A stretch of 64,000 nucleotides of DNA from Stegostoma tigrinum. Its lineage: Eukaryota. A program made the translations under genes and the position numbers. How positions within the stretch are numbered: the stretch's first letter is position 1; each line of letters opens with the position of its first letter. Below the pieces are notes generated by a model. The model worked only from the letters and a program-made list of their open reading frames with translations. It was not told where the DNA came from and did not search any database. Location: positions 31,957,394 to 32,021,393 of the forward strand of contig NC_081365.1 in NCBI RefSeq assembly GCF_030684315.1, given 5' to 3'. This document shows, in pieces, positions 39,300 through 51,969 of the stretch.

Positions 39300-40325
39300 A
39301 GTCGTACAAAGACCCCTTCAAGAGTCAACCCCTTATTCTGAGATACTGCCTTCTCGTCCAGATAGTCTCACAAGGGGAAACAACCTTTCCACATCTATCC
39401 TGTCAAGTCCCCTAAGAATTTTGTATGTTTCAATAAGGTCTCCTCTCATTCTTCAAAAATTCATTGCGTATAGGCCCAAACTACTTAACATCTGCTCATT
39501 AGAGAGTCCCTCCTTACATGGGATCAGCCCAGTGAACTTCCTCTGGACTGCGCTTAGTGTCTTTCCTTGGAAAGGGGGACTAAACTCTTTACAGAATTGT
39601 AGTTACGGTACAACTTGTACTTTATATAGCTTTAGCAAGACTTCCCTATTTTTATACTCAATTCACTTTGAAACATAGGCTAAAATTCTATTTCCCGTCC
39701 CTATTGCCTGTTGAGCCAGGATGCTAGCTTTTTGAGATTTATGCCCGAGGACTCTCAAATTCCTACATTGTAGCTTTTTGAAGTCTTTTTTCCACTCAAA
39801 TAATATTCAGCTGCTCTATTCCTCCTGCCAAAATACATAACCTCATATTTTCCCACATTCCAGCTGTTAACTTAAGTCTGTTAAACTGCTTAACCTGTGT
39901 ATATCCCTCTGTAGGCTCTGTCATCCTGCCATTTGCCTTCACACTCGTTTTTGTGTCATCTGCAAACCTGGCTAATGCAAATTCACTGTCTCCCTTCAGG
40001 TCATTGATATATATTGTAAATAATTTTGAACCTAACATAGATCCCTGTGACACTCTACTAACAACAGATTGCCGTCTTGAAAATGCACTCCTCCCCCCAC
40101 TCCAATCTGCTGCCTTCTATCAGCTAGCCATTACCCCATCCATGTTAGTATACTATCTCCAACATTATGTCTTCTGAAGTAGCTTAACGTATGGGAGCTT
40201 ATCAAGTGCCTCTAAAACTCTAAATATCACATCCATATTTTGTCTCCTTTAACTACCCTGCTTGTTTCTTCCTCAAAGAATTCTAAAAGGATTTTTAGCC
40301 ATGATTTTTCCATCATGAGCCACAC
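39300..40325 (-). mobile_element. CR1 LINE RT fragment
   Basis: SQGSMLGSKLFTIYINDL..FADDTK (ORF 39796-40053). Confidence 0.85.
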
Positions 40326-40955
40326 GTGCTCTGCTCAAACATCCTTTGTATTTCTGCTTGATCATATTATGTCTTCCTGTACAGTTGTTTTTGACACGAG
40401 GCCCTCCTTCTCAAACTGAATTCTAAAGTCAAAGGTTGGAAAATTCACTTTCAAAAAAAGCTCTGAGTATCTTAAGCTATTTATTGCATTGTATCTTTCT
40501 TTCAGTTAGCTGACAAATTCTCAGCAACATGATAATAATTCAATTATTTTTTGAATCCACTCATATGTGATGATATTCTAGTCAGTATTCATCTTTCAAT
40601 CATTGAAATAATCAAATTTGAAAGAGCTCCACACAAGTCGGATTCCCATCACCAAGCTGGTCCTTATTTAAACAGTCCATGACTTTCACACTGCCTCTTC
40701 AGGATCAGTTCCCACACCGTCAGTATCTCTGACATTCCCCTATTTATTTGTCAACCAGTGCTCCCTGATAGAAGCAGATAAACAGCCCCAATCAGGGAAC
40801 TCTTATTCTATGAGGCCCAGCTGACTGATCTTGTTACAATCACGACAGTATTAACTGGTCATTTACCTCTGTTGTTTATTGAAACTTGCTGTATGCAAAA
40901 CGGCAGACACATTTCACCATAAAATAACAACTGCACAAAATGCATAAAATAACAA

Positions 40956-41617
40956 ACCAAGCGGAGGCTTGGGGACCGCTTTGCAGAACACCTACGCTCA
41001 GTTCGCACTCAGCAACTGCACCTCCCAGTCGCGAACCATTTCAACTCCCCCTCCCATTCCTCAGATGACATTTCCATCCTGGGCCTCCTGCAGTGCCACA
41101 ATGATGCCACCCGAAGGTTGCAGGAACAGCAACTCATATTCCGCTTGAGAACCCTGTAGCCCAATGGTATCAATGTGGACTTCACAAGCTTCAAAATCTC
41201 CCCTCCCCCTACTGTATCCCAAAACCAGCCCAGCTCGTCCCTGCCTCCCTAACCTGTTCTTCCTATCACCTCTCCCCTCCTCCCACCTCAAGCCCCACCC
41301 CCATCTCCTACCTACTAACCTCACCCTGCATCCTTGAACAGTCTGTCCTCCCTGGACTGACCTATCCCGTCTCTACCTCCGCACCTACACTCACTTTTAC
41401 TGGCTCCATCCCCGCCTCTTTGACCTGTCTGTCTCCTCTCCAAGTATTTTCTCTTCTATCCATCTTCTGCCTGCCTCCCCCTCTCTCTCCATTTATTTCA
41501 GAACCTCCTTCCCCTCCCTCATTCCTGAAGAACGATCTATACCCGAAACATCAGCTTTCCTGCTCCTCTGATGCTGCTTGGCCTGCTGTGTTCATCCAGC
41601 TCTACACCTTGTTATCT
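40956..41617 (+). mobile_element. Penelope-like element (family B), 3' fragment
   Basis: TKRRLGDRFAEH..VANHFN..EQQLIF sequence and the same tail as the 55919-57245 copy. Confidence 0.8.
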
Positions 41618-42491
41618 CAACTGCACAAAGCAATTTACTGTATAAGGAGTGCTTTAAAAATTTCCGACAGAGGTGGTAGCCCACTGTACACAATCGCAAT
41701 ATATTTCTCTAAATTATACAAATTATGTTTGTAATCTGATTTTATGCTCCCGGCATTAATGCGCTTCCCACAAATGCTCAGCTCTCTACCTGGAGCTTCG
41801 AACAATAATATGAATTTTGTGTGCTATTATGACTAGTTCTGAACCGCACACCGGTGATGAAAGTCAGTTCATGTAAATTCATGCACTTTCTCAGAGACAG
41901 CTTAGAACTCCACTCCCTAAAAATCTTTACACAGTTCCCCGTTTGCCGTCAAGTAACAAAACAAAGAAAAAAATTGCATTTGTATATTGCCCTTCACAAA
42001 TTCACAACTTCCCAAAACACTTAGTAAAAACGCTTAAAGAAATGGTGTTGTATTGAAGGAGTTGTAGCAGTTAATTCACACCCAGTAAGATTTTGTGGAC
42101 AGCAGTGAGATAAAGACTAGTTAAACAGATTTCAGTGCTGTGGATTGCAACATGAATATTGGCCAGAACATTGGAGAAATCTCCTCAGGTGTTGCCATGG
42201 TATTTTTTGCATCCAGTAGACAGAGCCTCAGTTTAAAGTCTTATCCAGAAAATAGCTCTTCTAGAATGGGTAGATGGGCCAAATGCAATTTTTCTCTCTT
42301 TGTATTTAGTATATTTAAACAGCTGCTAGAGTCTGCTTTTGAAGTAATTTCTCTCAATAGCTGAGGTACTGCAGTCTCTGTTTTAAATTATTTTGTAGGT
42401 GTGAAAAATAAAACCATCCTGAAAACTTGAAATTAAAGAGAAAAAGGCTCGAATTAATTGGATTAAAACAGCATCTAAAAGAGAAAGTTGT

Positions 42492-42662
42492 ATCAGAGAT
42501 CGTAGGAGCTGCAGATGCTGGAGAGTCCGAGATAACAAGGTGTGGAGCTGGATGAACACAGCAGGCCAAGCAGCATCTTAGGAGCAGAAAAGCTGATGCT
42601 TCGGGCCTTGACCCTTCATCAGAAAAATTTCTGAGTTCATCCAGCTCCACATCTTGTTATCT
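42492..42662. mobile_element. Short partly palindromic family B terminus
   Basis: AGATAACAAGGTGTGGAGCTGGATGAAC ... GTTCATCCAGCTCCACATCTTGTTATCT. Confidence 0.8.
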
Positions 42663-42809
42663 GAAAGAGAAAATTTGTTTTCAAGTTTCTGATGAGGCTT
42701 TTGTTTCAACCGAATGGTTTTAAACAAGCAATTCCAAAACAATATTTAAATGGGACAAAGACCCTAAGATATTTCTATACAGAGAAGAAGATGCTGTAAG
42801 CTCTCTCAC

Positions 42810-42873
42810 CTGTACTGAGAAGGATATGAGATAAAATGGAAAGTTGGATGCCGCGATAGCCCAGCAGCAGCAT
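42810..42873 (-). CDS. IgSF receptor, leader-peptide exon
   Basis: ATG at 42873 gives MLLLGYRGIQLSILSHILLST with G|gtgaga (phase 1, joins the V exon as Gly). An acceptor tataatttcag 13 nt upstream of the ATG implies a non-coding first exon. Confidence 0.75.
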
Positions 42874-45800
42874 TACTTGATGAATTCTGAAATTATAGGA
42901 GAAGAAACATAAAGGTAACTATCTTATTGAATTTCCTACACACTTTGGAGTGAAGGTTGACTTATTTAGTGTACTTAAATAGTATACTTCAATAGAATAC
43001 TTCTCTATCTCTTCATTTTCAACTTTAAAAGATAGATCAAGGTTGTCAAAGTTGAGACCGAAGTGTTCAACAGATTTCAAATCTGTATATAAATTGATTT
43101 ATCTCTAAGAAGAAGAGTGGTTAAGATAACTTGAGATTTTTCAGCAAAATGAGTGGCTTTTAATTGAATTATGTGACGAATTAGAAAGAATTACAACAAA
43201 ATAGATGCCAATGAATAAAATGGATATTATTTTACAATACAATGAAAGCAGACATTGCTCTAGAAATGAATTATTATATTACCACTGGAATGAATTGGAA
43301 ACATTTGCAAGTATGATGATGTGACTTCGTATTAAAATCACAGTTTTGAAATATTGCTGTGCCAACATACTGATAATTTATTGTTATTTATCACACACGG
43401 TTTATATTTTTATTCCTTGTTCTTGTTATTATCTGTGCATGTTGGCTGAATGGAGTGAAGTAAATACGTAACCTCTCTCTGAGGACCATTATTCTAATTG
43501 TCAGGGACAAGAGATATAGATAGGGTCACTGAATAACACTGTGTTTTATGCTGTTAGATGTTGATTTGTGGAGAGTAGATTTCCAAAAGAAACCTGAGAG
43601 CTTGTTGTCAGGCTGCAATTCGTTTTTCTGTTAACAAAGCTGACAATAGAGTCTGTGACAGTCTTCTGGGAGTCAATTACCTCTTGCATTTCGATTAGAA
43701 TTCCCATTCATTTACACATTTCTCAACTACTAATGAAAAATGTGTTGCTTTGATGTGGGCTTCATCCAAAAATGAAACAATACAGCATGAAGAACACCAA
43801 TTTCTAAAGGCCCAACAGCACAGAACTCAAATACCATAAACTAGGGAGTAACAAATATAAACATGTACCAAACAGCATGAATGGATTGGCTGGTACACTG
43901 GTACAGAGCACAGAATATTACTAATCGCATTGTGTATGGCCATTCAATGTCAAATTCAGAAATTGGAGGGAGGTGGTGATATTGCTGTAATTTCATCAGG
44001 CTAGTAATTTAGAACTTCCGGCTAATGTTCTGGGACATGAGATGGAATCCCACAAAGGCAAATGGTGAAATTTGAATACTATAAAATCTAGAAATAAAAG
44101 CTAGACCCTGGATGACTAAGTAACCATTGTTGATTATCATATAAAAACATCAGATTCAATAAGGTTCTTTAGGGAAGGAAATCTGCTATCCTTACCTGAT
44201 CTGGCCTATATGTAACTTGAGACCCACAGTAATATAGATGACGTTTGACTGCCTGAAAATGGCCAAGCGAGCGACTGGATTTGAGGGCAGTTAGGGATGG
44301 ACAACATGTATTGGTCTCACCGGCGATGCCTAGCAAGGATTTCAAAAACAATTTTCCCAGACGCGATCAAAGTGAGCAATGATAAGTCTGTTCCAGAAAT
44401 GTGGCATGATCAGAAAAACCAAGATTTTCAACACTGAGGGACACAAGTAAAATTTTCATACAAGTTTTAATGGTGAGATGAGAATCCTGTTCTGAAGAAG
44501 AGTCATGTTAGGTTTGAAATGTTAAATCTGTTTCTCTTCTCACAGATGCTGTCAGACCTACTGAATTTCTCCAGCATTTTCGGTTTTTGTTTCAGGCTTC
44601 TATCATCTGCAGTATTTTGCTGGTTTTTTGTGAGATAAGAATCTGTGTAGTGAATGGCAAGTGACCTAATTCTGTGCATTTATGTCACATCAGCTCCTAA
44701 TTTGACCGCCATTATGTGTGATTCCCTATTCTTCCATGTGGCAAGCAAAACTAGGCAGCAACAATTCCCAGCACAGTCAGAATATCCAGCTCCCTGCTTG
44801 TTCCTCAAGACCTTTAACTTGACATCAGTCCCCAGCATACACAACAGCAGGTCAGAGGCTAATACTGTGGCAATTAACTCACTTCCTGACTCCCAGACTC
44901 TGTCTACAAGGAACAAATAAGGAGTTTGATGGAATACTTCCCACTTGCCTAGGTGGGTGCAGCTCCATCAACACTCAAGAAACTCAAAACCATCCATGAC
45001 AAAACAGTTACTTGATTGGCACCACATCCACAAGCATCCAATCCCTCCATTACCGATGCTGAGTAGCAGCAGAGTGTACTATCTACAGGATGCACTGCAG
45101 ACATTCACCAAAGATCCTTAGACAGCATTTTCCAAACCCACAACCACTTCCATGTATATGGAATAGATCTGGCTTGCGTGAAGTGATCTTGCATTGACTA
45201 TAAGTTAGATGTTACTGGAAAGGTATGCAGGGTCCTGTTTGTTTCCTGAAGCAGATGCAGTTTCTTTTTGTTTGTTTTTCCTTTGCTTCTGCTGTTTACC
45301 AATAACAAGTACTATTGTTTACCAATAGTAAGTGTTTTCAACATGTATGCTTCCGCATTGAACAATGAGCAGATATTGTGTTTTGCTGGGGAAGTGTGGC
45401 ACTGTTAGACGGGATTCTAACATGGTATGTTGCTAAGGACGGAAGCATGTGTAGCCTGACTTACGTAGCTGCAGTTACAACGGTAGTCAGTCAGATAGGT
45501 GATGATGTAAAATGGCAAAACATTGCTATGTGCCCGGACGAAGCTTTTCTTTTTCAGTTTCCTCCCATTATGTGCACCGCTTGGCACAATTCACGGTGGC
45601 CGTGATTGGCCTGGTGCATGGCCGAGCTTTAACTATGACACTGGAATTCTGGGCAGTATGGTTGGGAACTTCTGCCACTGCTAGAACTGATATGTGAGGC
45701 ACCATGGAGGTGGGGCACATATGTGATGAGGTGAGCTGTGGAAAATTGAGTGAGAAAACACAATACGGCTGACAGTTTGTTAGGTTCAAGAATTTATTTT

Positions 45801-48800
45801 GTGCATTTTTAGGCTTTTTTGTTAATTAAGGTACTAATTATAATGGCATTTCATGAGAATTAGAATTAGACAAGAATTACTTTCAGAATAATGTTCATTT
45901 ACTATATTTGATTAATGCAAACAGCAGTAAATTTTCAATTTATACCCACAACACGATTATAGAACACAACTTTTATTTGTGTAGCGTGATGTCCTTCACA
46001 AGCAATATAAACATTCCTAAAAAGGCAGCCTCAAATTTGGAAATTCACCAAATTATTAATTATTAAACTTAATTTGTAAACTTTAATTGAATAAGGAAAG
46101 CTTACGTGAATTTCTACGTATTATTTCAAGGTTCCAATTCAAATTGAAGTACATTTAAATGCAGAATTGTCCTATTTTAATAAGTTTCTAAATGCAATGG
46201 ATATAAAACGTAAAAGAACCATTAGATGATATGGTATCACATTCAAACAGGAAAGGAATCTTCCATGCCCTTGACTCACAATCCATACTATTTTTCATAA
46301 TTAATAGCTGAAGTCCTTGGCAGTACTCATGGGAAAACAGAGGACACAGTGTTTTGTATTAAAGGATCATGTAAAGGAATACTGTAACTGGGCATGTCAA
46401 ATTCTATTTTTTAAGCGATAGACTGGAAACATTACCTGGCTTTGGAGATTGAAATTCATGATCCTCTGTAACTTTAAATATAATGTTATTATCCTTTACC
46501 AATTTTGAAACTGACAAGACATAGCAGTAGGAACACACATTTTGGAGTTGGAGTTCAAGACTCGGGCCCTGGTTTTTGTTCCTGAGAGCAGATGTGGGAA
46601 AATCCCACGCCCATGAATCTGAGTTGTAAAAATGGCGGTCTGCACCTTTTACTTTCTCTGGAGGAGTCGACTAAATTGGGAGTCAGGTTGGGCAAGCTGG
46701 GAAGAACACAGGAGGCTGCCACTTCCTGAGACACACCGGCCAGAAAGCCAGCCCTGGGTTCTGGTCAAAAATGAAAATAAAAGAACGAAGCACAAAACAT
46801 TCCTCCAGCCCTCACTCCCCGTCATCCCCACACAACTGCCATACCCCATCAATGCCAGCCATTGCTATCCAAAGCCCTCTACTCATTCCTTATGTTCCCT
46901 TATACTTCACCATTGTGGAGGAATTTTGTATTTCCTGAGGATCCATCCTGTCTGAGCAGCACAAAGAACATCCTTGGGCTCTACTTGCTCTAAAGGATGC
47001 TCCTGTCTTTGGCTGTGGTGGAGTTCCTGCAATTTGGCAGCAGCACTGCAATGATTTGGTCTTGCACCTTTGTGAATTTGAGCAGACCTATTATTTGGGA
47101 GTACAATATGTGGATTTCCTTATTGAGCCTTCTCGGCTGTTAATGACAGACATCTGTCTAGCATCTTTAACTTTGTGAAATTCCTAAAAATGCTTCGTGG
47201 GAGCATTATCATCAAATCTGGTACCTAACTACAAAAGAGGATACTATGAAATTTGTGTTATCTGGCTCGCACCAGGAACATGAGGGGCTGGCCACTAATA
47301 AAATGCCAGTGATCAGGCATTTACTGCAACAATGGAGAGTGAGAGAGATTGAAAAGATATAGATTGACTTGCCTGGAAATGCTTCAAGTATCTCAGAGGG
47401 GAAGAGCTGATACATTTACACAACAAAGCTACCTTTTCTACAGCTTAGTAGAGAAAAAAATAACCAAATTGTTACTAATAGCGGGAAAGAGATGGATGAT
47501 CTAAGAACAAATACTGTTCTGCATTCGTCAAGCTGATCTCCTGTCATGCACCACTTTTTGATTGATGCGTGAGAAGCATTGCTACCCTGTTGACTAAAGA
47601 AGGGGAAAGAAGACAAACGAGGTAAACATAAGTAAATAGTTTTAATTTGGGAATACCCTCAGCAGAAGTCAAAATGTTTAAAGTGTATCTGGTTTGTTGT
47701 TATCAGGCGAAATCACAGTTAGTGAAATGTTCCTATTGCTGCTGTGTCAGGTAAATATTGTGACTGGTGAGCAAAAACTGGCTCAAATGTTGATCTTAAG
47801 GAGCGTCATAAAGGAGGAAAGAAAGGCAAAGAGAAAGTAAGGTTTAGTTCAAGAATTTGAGAGCTAGACCCCAGGCAGGTGAGGACACTGCATCTCGAAA
47901 ATTGGGGATGCCAGAATTCAACAGCACATGAAGTGAGGCAAAGTGGAAATGTGCAATGTTATGGAGGTAGCAGTAGATCCTGGTGTTGGAAAGGATGCAT
48001 AGTCAGAAGGTCTTGTCAGCAATGAGTGTTCAGGACATGGGTGTGATAATGATGGGTTTGAGTGGGGTATCGCAGCTCTGACACCATTGAACTTTCTGGG
48101 CAATCTCTGCAAACATTAGTTTTAGCAACTTTTCTATTCGGAATTTACATGTGTCTGGCTCCAAGGACCAATTTATAAGCACACTGACAGCCTTGCATAT
48201 TTAAAAAAAACACTTCAGAATGTCTTTAATTTGAAAAAGCTTTTGAGAAGTGTCTTTCAGCTTTCTTTGATGATACTAATTAGAAAATTAACAAAATCAA
48301 TTTTAAGAGCCTGAGAATCATTCTATTCATGGTCTAGCTAAATGCCACAGATTCATCTGAGAAAATGATATACATCACTGATTGAAAAATTGCCAGATGT
48401 AACAATAGTTCAAAGTCAAATCTCTGGATAAAAATATGTCCACAGTCAGAGAAATGCTGCAGCCTCCAAACAGAATCTTTAATTGTAGCTTTAAATGACA
48501 AAAAAAACCTAATGGTTACATTTAGGCATTTCAGTTACTGTGGGAAACCGTGGCATGTCAAATACTCTGCAAATTGATTTTAGTAATTTTGATATTTGTC
48601 AACAAGTTGAGATCATAAAATATGCACATATGGATTATGCATGTTTTCATATTATTTGTCATTATAAATGGTTACATGCTGTAAGTGCATTTTTCATTGT
48701 AAAATATGGATTTCCTTTTTATAAATGTGAACTTAGGACTTTTCAATTCTAAGTTTAACATAAAATGTGTTAGTGTGTAAATGTAAACCCTGCTGTGATA

Positions 48801-49357
48801 TGTTCCAACACAACGCAAGAGCTATTACAGTCTATAACATATCGCTCGACCTGAAATCTTAATGGGAGCATAGAGCTATTTCGAATTTTCAGCATTTTCA
48901 GTTCATTTCGTCAAAATAATTACAGGATCCCAAATTAAATTCAGTTGACATCCCTTTCCCAACATAAGCCCCGCTTAGTAGTTAAAATGAAATTAGTGCT
49001 TCACAATAAACTTTCATTCATATGAAAAATACCAACAGAATTTATCGATATAATCAAACAGGAAAATGAAAACTCGCTAATGAAAATGTTAATCATGGTT
49101 CTCACAGAATCATGTAGGCACAGGGAAGTGTTCCTTGCAGTACTTAAAACATCAGTGGCAAAGCTGTAACCGTTGCTCTGTCCACCTCTCAACTGATTTA
49201 CGAAACAGAGTTTTTGTCTGGAAATTTGTCCTTTTCTTCCATGCTGTCTAAAGGTAGTATACTGTCAGTTATAAAAGTCTGATTTCTGCTCTATGTTATC
49301 ATGATATTTAATACCGTCCAAAAAAACCCACAAAAGACAATAAAATGAAGCACTTAC

Positions 49358-49640
49358 ATGAGGTTAAGGATGGACATTTGTCATGCTGCCGAATCAGGTG
49401 AGTAACTCTCAATAACTACTGTCAACACTTCCTTTTTTGGAAATGAAAGATGATATGTGATATGGAGCTTTCAAGATAATGCAGCTAATGAAAGATTTTT
49501 GTCTTTAAGGAAGCAATTTCAGTCCACTGCAAAGTTCAGTATTAACCCTGTCTTTGATGAAATGTATTAAATTAAATGGAAGTTTATTGACAAGCTTAAG
49601 TAGTGCAACTATATCACATTTAGCATACTTTTACTTCCTC
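49358..49640 (-). promoter_or_regulatory. Candidate non-coding first exon and promoter of the IgSF gene
   Basis: Donor gtaagtg at 49357. ETS cores AGGAAGT at 49427-49433 and 49633-49639 (- strand), GGAAATGAAA at 49439-49448, E-box CAGGTG at 49395-49400. Confidence 0.3.
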
Positions 49641-50529
49641 ACTCAATTCCCTGAAGTTGACTCTCCCAACACCAACCCGTCCAGAATATCTTCTGGACTG
49701 CCTTGAGTTTCTTCATAAAATGCTTTATTTGGATTCACTGAAATATAGAGCTTTGGTGTAAGCATTGTGCATTATACAGGTGAAGAACTTTTTTAAAAGT
49801 GTCTGCCACACAATTGATTTATTGCCAAAACACTACAAATATCCATCCAGGTGTACAGATTTCAATTATTATATTGTGACTAGATATGGACTTGGACCGT
49901 AGAGTCACAGAGATATACAACATTGAAACAGACGTATCAATCCAACTCAACCATGCCAGCCAGATAGCTAGTTTTGGACTCCCCCACCCAAAAGAAAAGG
50001 CCTTGCCTATTTACCCTATCTATGTTTCACCTGGTTTTATAAACCTCTATAAAGTCACCCCTCAATTTCCACCTCTGCAGGCAAAGTATCCCCAGCCTAT
50101 TCAGCCTCTTGTTATAGCTCAACCCTCCAACCCTGACAACCTCCTTATAAATTTTTTCTAAACCCTTTTAAGTTTCACAACATTCTGGGTATAAGAGGGA
50201 GATGTAATCCCTATAGTTTGTAGCAGTGATGTTAGTGCTAACACAATTTGCTCACTGTATTTCTTCTTGCTTCAGTAATCAGGATCAGTAAGGAGATCCC
50301 ATCAGGTAGAGCAGCAGGCCGAGGAGAGCAGATGTCCATCGGATGTTACACAGTAATTGCACAGGCATTTAGCAGAACAGGCCATATTAAGTTATTCAGT
50401 AACCCGTTTCAGAGATAAGTATTTTTCATTTTCCTCATCTCATTCCTCAATCCTGAATCCTGCAAGTTTATTTCCTGGTTCTTGGCTTGCCATCCAGAGA
50501 GAACATCAACCCTGCATCCAGCCTGCCCA

Positions 50530-51960
50530 GCCCTGCTAGAACTTAATGCATTTCAATCAGATTCCCTTTCATGCTTCTAAACTCTAGTGGATACAGGCCC
50601 AGTTGAACCAATCTCTCCTTAAAGGACAAACCTGCCATCCCTGGTGTCAGCCTGGTGAACCTACATTCCTCTGTGGAAAGTATTTCCTTTCTTCGGTAGG
50701 GAGGCCAAAGCTACATTAGATAATCCGGGTATAGTCTCAACAAGGCCCTTATTACCAACAGTAAGATATCCTTACTTCTTAAATCGTCCTGCAATGAAGG
50801 CCAATATACCATTTGCCTTCTTGTTGACTTCTGGCACCTGGCTCCTACTTTTATTGGCTGATGTACCAGGGCATGCCGATTCCTTTGCACATTCACATTT
50901 CACAAGATATCACCATTTAAACAATATTCTCCCTTTCTCACTGATAATTTTACATTTACCCACATTGTACTATATCTGCCTTGTGTTTGTCCAATTACTC
51001 GATTTGTTTAAACTACCTTGAAGCCTCCCTGCATCCTCCTCATATCTCACAATACCCTCCAGTTTTGTGTCACCAAATTTGGAAATGTTGTAATTAGTTT
51101 CTTCGTTCAGGTTATTTATATATATGTTGTGAATAGCTGGAGCCCAAGCTCTGGCCCTTATGATACCCCACTAGTTACTGCCTGCCAAATGGAAAAAGAT
51201 CCATTATACCCCCTCTCTGCTTTCTGTTTGTCAACCAATTTTTCATCCATGCTAATAGATTACTTGTGATCCCATTGGATTCATTTTGCCCACAAACCTT
51301 GTATGAGGGATGTTATCAAAAGCCTTCTGAAAATCCGAATATAACCACCTCCTCTAAATCCCTTATCTTTTTTACTGGTTACATTTTCAAAAAACACAGT
51401 TAATAATGGCTGGCATAGTGGCTCAGTGGTTAACACAACCACCTCACAGCACCAGGGACCCTCAGGCAACTGTGTGGAGTTTGCATATTCTTGCCATGTC
51501 AACGTGGTGCTCTAGTTTCCTCCCACAGCCAAAGATGTACAGGTTAGGTGGATTGGCCATTCTAAATTGCTATCGGGTCTAAGGATGAATAGGTTAGGTT
51601 GATTAGCCTTGGGAAATGCAGGGTTACAGGGAGTGGTTCGGGGGTGGGTCAGGGTGGGATGCCGTTCGGAGGTTCATGCGACTCAATGGGCGGAATGGCC
51701 GGCTTCCATACTGTAGGGATGCTAATATTCTATGAATTTGCGAAGTATGATTTGACTTCCATAAACCCACGCAGGCTTTGTCCAATCTTTGCAAATTTCT
51801 GTTATCACATCTTTTGAACAGCATTTTCCCCACTACTAATGTTAAGCTTAACTAGTCTGCAAATGCTTTTATATTCCCCTTTCCGTCCATTTCTAAAAAG
51901 TAAATCAAATCCGGAGGGGCTGTTTCAGAGTCGGCAGAATGTTTGAAGATGACTATCGAT
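50530..51960 (-). mobile_element. CR1 LINE fragment with nested SINE
   Basis: CR1 RT-region sequence (GATACCCCACTAGTTACTG, ATCAAAAGCCTTCTGAAAATCC) interrupted at ~51405-51730. Confidence 0.75.
51405..51730 (+). mobile_element. HE1/V-SINE-type SINE
   Basis: GTGGCTCAGTGGTTA..TGTGTGGAGTTTGCATATTCT..TTTCCTCCCACAG..AGGTTAGGTGGATTGGCCAT. Confidence 0.8.
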
Positions 51961-51969
51961 GTACCCAAT

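Noticed and set aside
20702-42873. CD47 orthologue (by position)
   Set aside because: It has a C1 domain and one clear TM exon rather than CD47's V plus five-TM structure.
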